Below are positions 18,994 through 28,431 of a DNA stretch of 64,000 nt, one piece after another. How positions within the stretch are numbered: position 1 is the stretch's first letter; every line of letters starts with the position of its first letter. This DNA is from an uncultured Actinomycetota bacterium (lineage in GTDB: Bacteria > Actinomycetota > Actinomycetes > Streptosporangiales > Streptosporangiaceae): positions 708,603 to 772,602 of the forward strand of contig CAVZHA010000015.1 of the NCBI GenBank assembly GCA_963774945.1, given 5' to 3'. The notes under the pieces were generated by a model, which saw nothing but the letters and a program-made list of their open reading frames with translations, was not told the origin of the DNA and ran no database searches. The translations under genes and the position numbers were made by a program.

Positions 18994-20544
18994 TCAGGCG
19001 TAGGCGGTCCGGCCGCCGCCCTCGGTGTCGGCCGGGTCGGCATCGGCCAGACCGGCCGCAGGCGCCTGGCTGTCGGCCGCCCGGGGCTCGGCCGGCTCGG
19101 TCTCGAACGACTCCTTGTCGAACGACTCCTTGTCGGCCGGCGCCGGGTCGGTCGTCTCGGCGCCGGCGGTGTCGCTGACGATCTCGGAGGTCGGGCCGTC
19201 TGGCACCCGGCCGCCCTCGCCGAACGGGGCGGGCGTCCACGGCGAGGCCGGGACGGGCGGCTGGCCGGGCGCGGTCAGCAGCCAGGCGCAGGAGACGAGC
19301 AGCGATATGACGAAGACGCAGTAGACCCAGAAGACCGGCGTTACCCCGGAGCTGATCGTCACGCCCTCTTGCGCCGCCTGCGCCTGGGTCAGCCCGAAGA
19401 AGCTGTAGGCGGGCTGGCTGACCTGAATGAGAGCCGAGACCGCCTGCGCCGCGAGCGGGATGATCGCCCCCGCCAGCAGCAGCGCCCCCTGCCGGGCGGG
19501 ACGCCACAGCGCCGCCAGCACCGCCACCACGACGACCGCCACCATGACCGCCACGTTCCCGGCGATCACCAGGCCGGGGTTGCTGAACGCGTTGCCCTCC
19601 TGGAGCGTCTTGACCGTGCCGAGGGTGGCCTGCGCCACCGTGTAGCTGTCCCAGGCGGCGGCGAAGGCGGCGGCGGTGCCGACGCCGGCCAGCACCAGCA
19701 GCGCGAGCGGCCCGAGGTGGTGGCGGGACGGCTTGGCCGGCCAGCCGCAGTCGGGTCGCGCGGAAGCAGCCTGGCCGGGCGAGCCGGGCCGGGCCGGGTC
19801 GGTGTCACGGCACGATGCCAGCAGCGCGATCGCCGCCCCGGCGGTGCAGGCCGCCCAGCCCAGCAGGCTGACGATCAGGCCGGTGCCGAGGGACGCGCCG
19901 CCGGAGACCACCTCGCCGATGTCGGACACGAACAGCCCGAGCGTGACCGCGCTCAGCCCGAGCGCGAACAGCGCCCCGAGCCTGGCCGCGCGCGGCCGCG
20001 ACACGCTCAGCGCGATCGGCCCGGCGCTAATTGCCCAGGCGATCACATAGCAAAGGTGGGGGACGACCTCATCGCCCTGGGATAGCAGGCTCTGCCCCCC
20101 CGCGTACGCGGGGAACAACCCCGCCAGCCCCAGCACCACACCAAGGACCAGCAGTCCCTCGCCGACCAGGAGCGCGTTCCCGCCGCGGCGCGCGGCCGCG
20201 CCGGGAGCGGTCCCGGCCGCCCCGTCGGCAGCGGTGCCATCGGCCGGATCGGCCCCGGCCGTCGCGGCGGCCCGCCTGGACTTCAGCAGCGCCCCAAGCC
20301 CGGACCGGTGCGATCGGACGGCGGCAATGGTGCCAGGCACCTCGACGGCGGCAAACCGCGTCCAGGCCTGCTCCCAGCCGTCGCGGGTCTCCGGCCAGCG
20401 GTCGACGGGCGCGTCGTAGGGGGCGCCCACCACCCAGATACCGTAAAACCGCTTTCCCCGCCCGATTTCGTACTTCTCGCCGCGGTGCGAGATGATCGCC
20501 TTCTCCGGCACGGTTCCAGCCTCCAAGTCCAGCGTGAACTTCAC
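18994..20544 (-). CDS. Hypothetical multi-pass membrane protein
   Basis: 516-aa ORF with a small N-terminal Trp-rich soluble domain, about 8 hydrophobic segments in two similar blocks, and an acidic tail. Confidence 0.7.
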   Translation of the reverse strand: MKFTLDLEAGTVPEKAIISHRGEKYEIGRGKRFYGIWVVGAPYDAPVDRWPETRDGWEQAWTRFAAVEVPGTIAAVRSHRSGLGALLKSRRAAATAGADPADGTAADGAAGTAPGAAARRGGNALLVGEGLLVLGVVLGLAGLFPAYAGGQSLLSQGDEVVPHLCYVIAWAISAGPIALSVSRPRAARLGALFALGLSAVTLGLFVSDIGEVVSGGASLGTGLIVSLLGWAACTAGAAIALLASCRDTDPARPGSPGQAASARPDCGWPAKPSRHHLGPLALLVLAGVGTAAAFAAAWDSYTVAQATLGTVKTLQEGNAFSNPGLVIAGNVAVMVAVVVVAVLAALWRPARQGALLLAGAIIPLAAQAVSALIQVSQPAYSFFGLTQAQAAQEGVTISSGVTPVFWVYCVFVISLLVSCAWLLTAPGQPPVPASPWTPAPFGEGGRVPDGPTSEIVSDTAGAETTDPAPADKESFDKESFETEPAEPRAADSQAPAAGLADADPADTEGGGRTAYA

Positions 20545-20594
20545 TTATCACGGTGACCATACGCCGGAGATCTGGAAGCTTGCTGAAGGCCCGC

Positions 20595-22227
<1,633 letters not shown>

Positions 22228-22231
22228 CGTT

Positions 22232-22432
22232 CTAGCCTCCCTGGACCGCGGTCACGACCTCGACCTCGTCGCGTTCGGCGAGCGAGGTGGCCGGCCACGC
22301 CCGGCGCGGCACGACCTCGCCGTTGACGGCGGCCGCGACGCCCTTCGGTGATTCGGTCAGCTGGCCGACGAGATCGGCCAGGGTGACGCCGGTGGGGAGG
22401 TCGCGCGGGGTTCCGTTGACTGTGACCGTCAT
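22232..22432 (-). CDS. thiS: Sulfur carrier protein ThiS
   Basis: 66 aa, [10 protein letters not shown]-terminal VQGG. Confidence 0.95.
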   Translation of the reverse strand: MTVTVNGTPRDLPTGVTLADLVGQLTESPKGVAAAVNGEVVPRRAWPATSLAERDEVEVVTAVQGG

Positions 22433-23572
22433 GTGAGCCTGCCGGGGTAGAAGGGGGTCCAGGCGTGGTGCGGCTCGCCGTCGGCGAGCAGCGCGGCGAC
22501 CGCGTCGGCGGTGACCGCCGACAGCAGGACGCCGTTGCGGTAGTGGCCGGCCGCGACGATGAGCCCGCCTGCGGCGTCAACCGGGCCCAGGATCGGGCCG
22601 TTGTCGCTGGTGCCCGGCCTGCGGCCCGCGCTCGCCTCGGCCAGGATGAGCTCGCTGATCGCGGGGACCGCGGTCATCGCGTCGCGGAGCAGGTCGTGGA
22701 CGGCGCCGGCGGTGATGTCGCGGTCGTCGCGCTCCTCCTGGGTGGCGCCGACGACGAGCTCGCCGTCGGCGCGGGGGACGAGGTAGATGTCGCGGCCCTG
22801 GACGATCGCGCGGACGGTGTGGCTGATGATGTGCGGCAGGTCGCCTGGGTGCCGCAGTCGCAGGATCTGGCCCTTGACCGGGCGGATGGCCTTGCGGATC
22901 TGGTCGGGCACGCCCTCGATGCGGTTGGTGCCCCAGCCTGCGGCGACCACGACGCGGGCGGCGGACAGTTCAGCCGTCTCGTCCGCCGCGACGCCCGCGG
23001 GACTGGCGCGGAACCGGACCAGACCGGGGGCGACGTCGGTGACCTGGCCCACGACCGTGCGCACGCCGGCCCCGGCGGCCGCTATCTGAAGGGCGGCCAG
23101 GTAGCGGCGGTTGTCGACCGACAGGTCGCCGGTGGCGAGGACGCCGCCCCGGGTGGACGGGGCCAGGAACGGCTCGAGGCGGCGGCACGCCCGCGCGTCG
23201 AGGCGCTCGGCCGTGAGCCCGATCGAGTGGCGGAACTCGGTCAGCCGGTCGAGCGCGGCCAGGTCGCCGCTGTCGTAGGCGACCGCGAGGGTGCCCTCGG
23301 TGCGCAGCCCGGTCGGCTGCCCTGACGCCGCCTCGAGCTCGGCGTTGAAGGCCGGGAAGCGGTCGATCGCGTGCAGGTTCAGCGCGCAGCAGGTCCTGCT
23401 CGCCGAAGACGGACTCGGAGACCGGGCCGAGCATGCCCGCCGCGACCAGGCTCGCCTTGTCGTCGGTGCCGGGATCGATGAGCGTCACCGACCGGCCGGC
23501 GATGGCGGCTCGCCAGGCGATCGCGGTGCCGATCACGCCGCCGCCGACGACGATGACGTCAGCGTCCATCAT
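22429..23572 (-). CDS. thiO: Glycine oxidase ThiO; one +1 frameshift near 23385
   Basis: FAD motif DVIVVGGGVIG, ASLVAAGML, RPVKGQ and GHYRNGVLL. The span is 1144 nt, i.e. 381 codons + 1. Confidence 0.9.
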
Positions 23573-23583
23573 GGCTTGCCTGC

Positions 23584-23675
23584 TCTCTCCCTTCGCCGGC
23601 ATTACCCGGATCAGGTTCGACGGTCGGAGGCGGCTCGCCTCCCTCTCAGCCCCGCGTAGGGCTCCCGTGGTTCAC
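23584..23675 (-). ncRNA. TPP (thi-box) riboswitch
   Basis: Minus strand reads CACGGGAGC...GGGCTGAGAGG...GACCGTCGAACCTGATCCGGGTAATGCCGGCGAAGGGA, directly upstream of thiO. Confidence 0.95.
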
Positions 23676-23785
23676 CTCAGTGTAACCCGGCGGGTGCCGC
23701 CCACCCACGCCGGCGTTCGGCCGTGACCGGCGGACGCCGCGGACCGGAGACCGGGGTGAGTCCTCGGGTACGGCATGATGTCGGG

Positions 23786-24430
23786 GTGACTGACTTGCGT
23801 TCCCGGCTGGCCGACGCCCGGCTGTACCTGTGCACCGACGGGCGGCGCGCCCAGGGCGACCTGCCCGCGTTCCTCGACGCGGTGCTCGGCGGCGGGGTCG
23901 ACATCGTGCAACTGCGGGAGAAGGGCCTCGAGGCGGGCGAGGAGCTCGCGCTGCTCGAGGTGTTCGCGGCCGCCTGCCGCCGGCACGGCGCGCTGCTGGC
24001 GGTCAACGACCGGGCCGACGTCGCCCTGGCGGCCGGGGCGGACGTGCTCCACCTCGGGCAGGACGACCTGCCGGTGCCGGTGGCGCGGCGGATCCTCGGG
24101 CCCGGGCCGGTCATCGGGCGGTCGAGCCACAGCCCCGAGCAGGCGTCGGCGGCGGCGACCGAGGACGGCATCGACTACTTCTGCGCCGGGCCGGTGTGGG
24201 CGACGCCGACCAAGCCGGGACGCCCGGGTACCGGGGTGTCGCTGGTCGCGCAGACGGCGGAGCTCGCGGCGGCGCGGCCGTGGTTCGCGATCGGCGGGAT
24301 CGGGCTGCCGCAGCTGGACGAGGTGCTGGCGGCGGGGGCGACGCGGGTGGTGGTGGTGCGCGCGCTGACCGAGGCGGACGACCCGGAAGCGGCCGCGGCG
24401 GCCTTCGCCAGGCGGCTGCGCGCTGCCTAG
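23786..24430 (+). CDS. thiE: Thiamine-phosphate synthase
   Basis: [32 protein letters not shown] and WFAIGGI. Confidence 0.93.
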   Translation: MTDLRSRLADARLYLCTDGRRAQGDLPAFLDAVLGGGVDIVQLREKGLEAGEELALLEVFAAACRRHGALLAVNDRADVALAAGADVLHLGQDDLPVPVARRILGPGPVIGRSSHSPEQASAAATEDGIDYFCAGPVWATPTKPGRPGTGVSLVAQTAELAAARPWFAIGGIGLPQLDEVLAAGATRVVVVRALTEADDPEAAAAAFARRLRAA

Positions 24431-24679
24431 GCGGCGCTTGGCTTGGCTGCGGGCGAGGTGGGGTTCGGGGTCGGTGGGGCTAGGTGCCCTGGGCCGGGAG
24501 GCGTGATTGTGTTCCGTTGGGGACCGCGTTTTCCGCGGGCGCGCGTCATTGTGTGCTGGTGGGGGCAGCCGGCGACCCGAAATACCCACGCTGACCCCGA
24601 TATCCGTCCGGCTGGTTGAACGTGGTGACGGTGAGGACGGTGTGACGATGCCGTCGCCGGCCGCGGGTCTAGAGCGTCG

Positions 24680-24895
24680 TCAGCTTCGGGCGCCGAGGAT
24701 GCGGCGGATGTCGCCGGTCTGGGCGTCGCTGTGCCGGTCGAGGATTGCGCCCAGATCGGCCAGGTCTTTTTCGCTGGTGTAGACCGCGAGCTCGTGCTCG
24801 AGCGCGCGGTCCTCGGAGCGGTCGGCGAACATCTCGCGGAGCTGGCTGCGGATCGCGATCCAGGGCGGACTCAAAAGGTTGATGGCACTCGACAT
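24680..24895 (-). CDS. Small hypothetical protein (71 aa) divergent from LysR
   Basis: GAAGGAAG RBS upstream, GC3-rich codons, amphipathic helical sequence. Confidence 0.6.
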   Translation of the reverse strand: MSSAINLLSPPWIAIRSQLREMFADRSEDRALEHELAVYTSEKDLADLGAILDRHSDAQTGDIRRILGARS

Positions 24896-25018
24896 GATGC
24901 TTCCTTCTTCTGCGTAGTGAGAGTGCGTGGTAACCCTTACGCAGTCCAGTGAACCCGCAACTGAACCATGCGTCCAATGAGTGAATCAGCTAGTTTTCAT
25001 GACGTAGGCTCATAGATT

Positions 25019-25960
25019 GTGGATACTGACGTGTTGCGCTGGTTTCAGCAGGTCGCCGACGGGATGACGGTGACCGAGGTTTCCGAGGTCGGCGGGGTGA
25101 CGCAGTCCGGGGTGTCCCGGGCGCTGGCCCGGCTTGAGGCCGAGGTGGGGACACCGTTGCTGCGCCGGGTAGGGCGGACGCTGGCGCTGACCAGGGCCGG
25201 CGAGGTGTTCAAGCCGCACGTCGACTCGCTGCTGCGCCGGTTCGACGACGGGATCGCGGCCGTTGGCCAGTTCATGTCGCCGGAGACCGGCACGGTCGCG
25301 GTCGCCTTCCAGCAGTCGCTCGGCACCTGGCTGGTGCCCGACCTGGTGCGCAGCTTCCGGGCCCGGCATCCTGACGTCCAGTTCCGGCTGACCCAGGTCA
25401 GGGACGAGCTGCACGGGCTGCCGCTCGACGGCGGCGTGGCCGACCTCGAGATCGGGACGCGGCGGTTCCGCACCAGCCCGGAGGTGATGCGGCCGGGCGA
25501 CCTGGCGGTGCGGACGGAGCGGATCGGCACCGAGCCGCTGCGGCTGGCGGTCCCCCGGGATCATCGGCTCAGCGGGCGGGAGCGCGTCCGCCTGAAGGAC
25601 GTGGCCAGGGAGCCGTTCATCGCGCTGCGGTCGACCTCGGCGCTGCGGAAGCTGGCGTATGACCTGTGCAAGCAGGCGGGGTTCCGGCCTGCGGTCGTAT
25701 TCGAGGGGGACGACCTGACTAACCTGCGCGGCCTGGTCGGGGCCGGGCTGGGGGTGGCGGTAGTGCCGGCGCCGCGGGCGGGGTCGTCGGAGGCGGCGGC
25801 GGACGGGCCGGTGCGGTACCTGGAGATCGCCGATGCGGGGGCGATGCGGGAGATCTACCTGACCTGGTCGGCGGAGCGGCCGCTGCTGCCGGCGGCGGAG
25901 TTGTTTCGGGAGCACGTCGTCAGCCGGGTGACGGTGGGGAAGGTTCCTGCGCTTCCGTAG
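25019..25960 (+). CDS. LysR family transcriptional regulator
   Basis: HTH TQSGVSRALARLEAEVG..LTRAG and LRGLVGAGLGVAVVP; a T-N11-A palindrome ATGACGTAGGCTCAT lies at 24999-25013. Confidence 0.92.
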   Translation: MDTDVLRWFQQVADGMTVTEVSEVGGVTQSGVSRALARLEAEVGTPLLRRVGRTLALTRAGEVFKPHVDSLLRRFDDGIAAVGQFMSPETGTVAVAFQQSLGTWLVPDLVRSFRARHPDVQFRLTQVRDELHGLPLDGGVADLEIGTRRFRTSPEVMRPGDLAVRTERIGTEPLRLAVPRDHRLSGRERVRLKDVAREPFIALRSTSALRKLAYDLCKQAGFRPAVVFEGDDLTNLRGLVGAGLGVAVVPAPRAGSSEAAADGPVRYLEIADAGAMREIYLTWSAERPLLPAAELFREHVVSRVTVGKVPALP

Positions 25961-25994
25961 TAGTCGCCGCGTTGGACGAAGTAGGTGGGACCGG

Positions 25995-26609
25995 TTAGCT
26001 CCAGTACGCCGGGCGAATGAGCTTCACGCCGCCCTTTGTGACAATTTCGGGCGGCAGTTGGGAGTTGCGCACCGTAGCGTGATCGACGGAGATGTAACCG
26101 TCAACGGTTTGCGCCAAGTCTCTCGAGCGTCTACGTGGCGGAAATGCGGCAACGATTCGTTTCCCCGTGCGCAGACGCTTAACGGCAGCGACGACCGGCC
26201 GCAAATCACTGTCGGCCGACACCAAGAGCGCGGTGTCGTACATGTCGCGCACGGCATCGGTCAGCATCGCGATGGCAATGTTGACATCGGTCTCTTTCTC
26301 CTCGTACGCCATCCAGCGTGCGCCGCAGCTCCTGCATTCTCGAGGCCTGTCCTGGAAACGCCCCTCGATAAGCCGTACTCGGAGGCTGTGGCTCGCGAGT
26401 GCCTCTAGGTACAGCGCCTGTCTCAGCTCCGCGTCCGGGTTGTCACGGACCCGGGCGGTGAAGTACTGCACCTCAAGCAACTCCTGGCCGGGCCGTAGCA
26501 AGCCCTTGACCAGGGCCTGCAGGTCGAGCCAGTGGTACCGTCGGCCGTATCCGGCCTTGAGCCCGTGGTAGAGGTTGAAGCCGTCAACGTAGGCGACTAC
26601 ACGGGTCAT
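25995..26609 (-). CDS. NYN domain (LabA/DUF88, PIN-like) ribonuclease
   Basis: Acidic catalytic motifs YVDGFNLY, EKETDVNIA and LVSADSDL, with a CxxC insertion (ECRSCG); AAGGA RBS upstream. Confidence 0.9.
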   Translation of the reverse strand: MTRVVAYVDGFNLYHGLKAGYGRRYHWLDLQALVKGLLRPGQELLEVQYFTARVRDNPDAELRQALYLEALASHSLRVRLIEGRFQDRPRECRSCGARWMAYEEKETDVNIAIAMLTDAVRDMYDTALLVSADSDLRPVVAAVKRLRTGKRIVAAFPPRRRSRDLAQTVDGYISVDHATVRNSQLPPEIVTKGGVKLIRPAYWS

Positions 26610-26656
26610 GATGAATATTCCTTTGCTTCAGCGGGGGGATGGGGTATAGTTGGGTT

Positions 26657-26719
26657 ATCCACCCTGGGGTGAGTAGCCCCGGCTAGACGACCTCGCTTCG
26701 GCGGGGTCGTCCCTTTTTG
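26657..26719 (+). ncRNA. Putative small RNA unit 1 (two hairpins plus U-tract)
   Basis: Preceded by TTGCTT-N16-TATAGT. Hairpin CTGGGGT-GAGTA-GCCCCGG, then terminator GACGACCTCGC-TTCG-GCGGGGTCGTC-CCTTTTT. Confidence 0.65.
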
Positions 26720-26734
26720 TGGTAAAGTGGCGTT

Positions 26735-26800
26735 CTACCAGCCCGGGGTGAGTAACCCCGGTCAGACGGCCCCGCGTGCACGCGGGGCCGTTTCTTTTTG
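26735..26800 (+). ncRNA. Putative small RNA unit 2 (paralogue of unit 1)
   Basis: Preceded by extended -10 TGG-TAAAGT. Hairpin CCGGGGT-GAGTA-ACCCCGG, then terminator ACGGCCCCGCG-TGCA-CGCGGGGCCGT-TTCTTTTT. Confidence 0.65.
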
Positions 26801-26963
26801 TTGCGGGCAATGTGGCAACAGGTTGCCATTTCTCGTGTCGACTGCATAATGCCGGTTGGGGTGCGGGGATTGGCCGCGTGGTCCAGTTTATGCGAGGGTA
26901 GTGACATTCGAGGCGGAGCCGGCCGGATCTAGCCGTGCCGAATTAAATGGCAATTATTTGCGG

Positions 26964-27446
26964 TTAAGGCGGAGGGCACGGACCGTTCGAGATGACGGGT
27001 TTGAAGCCTTGTGCCTTGAGGATTTTGCCGCTGGTCTGGCCGAGGGAGCGGAGCTCCTCGGGGGCGAGGGCGTCGATGAGGAGCCTGCGGACGGCGGCGA
27101 CGTGGCCGGGGGCGGTCTCGACGACCTTCTGCCAGCCGGGCTCGGTCAGGACGGCGCTGATGTAGCGGCCGTCGCCAGGGGACGGCTCGCGGCGGACCCA
27201 GCCCTTGGCCTCGAGGCGGCTGACGACGTGGCTCAGCCGCGACACGGAGCCGCTCGCCATCGCCGCGAGCTGGCTCATCCGCAGCGCGCGGTCCGGGGCC
27301 TCCGACAGGCTGGACAGCACCATGTACTCGAAGTGGCTGATGCCGGCGTCCTTCTGGAGCTGGGCGTCGAGCAGCGCCGGGAAGCGGAACAGCAGCCCGA
27401 CGAACGGACGCCAGGCGGCCTGCTCCTCATCGGTGAGCCATTCCAT
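26964..27446 (-). CDS. MarR family transcriptional regulator
   Basis: WLTDEEQAAWR, LRMSQLA..SRLSHVVSRLE..GWVRRE..DGR. Confidence 0.92.
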   Translation of the reverse strand: MEWLTDEEQAAWRPFVGLLFRFPALLDAQLQKDAGISHFEYMVLSSLSEAPDRALRMSQLAAMASGSVSRLSHVVSRLEAKGWVRREPSPGDGRYISAVLTEPGWQKVVETAPGHVAAVRRLLIDALAPEELRSLGQTSGKILKAQGFKPVISNGPCPPP

Positions 27447-27467
27447 GGTGTTATTCTACGCCGCCTT

Positions 27468-27508
27468 GTTGACGCTTCAAATTATGTTGATACAGTTGAA
27501 GCGTCAAC
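27468..27508. promoter_or_regulatory. Paired palindromic operator, likely for MarR
   Basis: GTTGACGCTTCAA-N15-TTGAAGCGTCAAC between divergent marR and the dioxygenase; each half is itself palindromic (TTGA-N4-TCAA). Confidence 0.75.
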
Positions 27509-27537
27509 CATTAGTTCTTCGGCCTGAGGCAGGGACT

Positions 27538-28419
27538 ATGAGCCGCTCGATCTTCGATCCACTGGTGCCAGCCGGGGCGTACGACGCGTTCTACGCCGAC
27601 GGCGCGGCGCGCTCGGCCGGGCAGCGCCGGTGGCAGCCGTCGGACGGGGCGCTGCCTGCCCTCTACATCGGGCACGGGGCGCCGCCGCTGCTTGACGACG
27701 CGGAGTGGATGTCGCAGCTGTCGGCCTGGGCGCTGTCGATGCCGAAGCCGCGGGCGGTGCTGATCGTGTCCGCGCACTGGGAGGCGGCGCCGCTGATGCT
27801 GTCGGCCCCTGGGGCGGGGACGCCGCTGGTGTACGACTTCGGCGGGTTCGCGGCCCGGTACTACACGCTGACGTACCCGACGCCGGACGCGACCGCGTTC
27901 GCGGCCGAGGTGGCGTCGCTGATGCCGGACTCGTCGCCTGCCCACCAGCACCAGAGCCGGGGGCTCGACCACGGGGCGTGGGTGCCGCTGAAGATCATGT
28001 ACCCGCTGGCGGACGTGCCGGTGCTGCAGCTGTCGCTGCCGACGTCTGACCCGGCCGCGCTGCTGGCGCTCGGCGCGCGGCTGCGGCCGCTGCGCGAGTC
28101 CGGGGTGCTGGTGATCGGGTCGGGGTTCCTGACCCACGGGCTGCCGTTCCTGACGCCCGCCATGATCAAGGGCGGGGTGGTGCCCGGGTGGTCGGCCGAG
28201 TTCGACTTGTGGGCGGCGGAGGCGCTTGACCGCGGTGACGTGGAGGCGCTGGCCCGGTTCCTGGCGGCGCCGGGGATGCCGTACGCGCATCCGTCGGCGG
28301 ACCACTTCCTGCCGCTGTTCGTGACGCTGGGGGCGGCCTCCGATCCCGAGCGGCCGGCGCAGACGGTCATCGACGGGTACTGGATGGGGCTGGCCAAGCG
28401 GTCGTTCCAGGTCAGCTGA
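27538..28419 (+). CDS. Extradiol ring-cleavage dioxygenase, class III (LigB/DODA-like)
   Basis: LYIGHGAP, VSAHW, YDFGGF, RGLDHGAWVPL, GSGFLTH and AHPSADHFLPL. Confidence 0.9.
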   Translation: MSRSIFDPLVPAGAYDAFYADGAARSAGQRRWQPSDGALPALYIGHGAPPLLDDAEWMSQLSAWALSMPKPRAVLIVSAHWEAAPLMLSAPGAGTPLVYDFGGFAARYYTLTYPTPDATAFAAEVASLMPDSSPAHQHQSRGLDHGAWVPLKIMYPLADVPVLQLSLPTSDPAALLALGARLRPLRESGVLVIGSGFLTHGLPFLTPAMIKGGVVPGWSAEFDLWAAEALDRGDVEALARFLAAPGMPYAHPSADHFLPLFVTLGAASDPERPAQTVIDGYWMGLAKRSFQVS

Positions 28420-28431
28420 TTGACGGTGTCC

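Noticed and set aside
26643-26801. Possible CRISPR mini-array, tRNA or simple double terminator
   Set aside because: The units are homologous along their whole length with no spacer and no cloverleaf. No + strand gene ends here that would need terminating, and each unit has its own -10 element.
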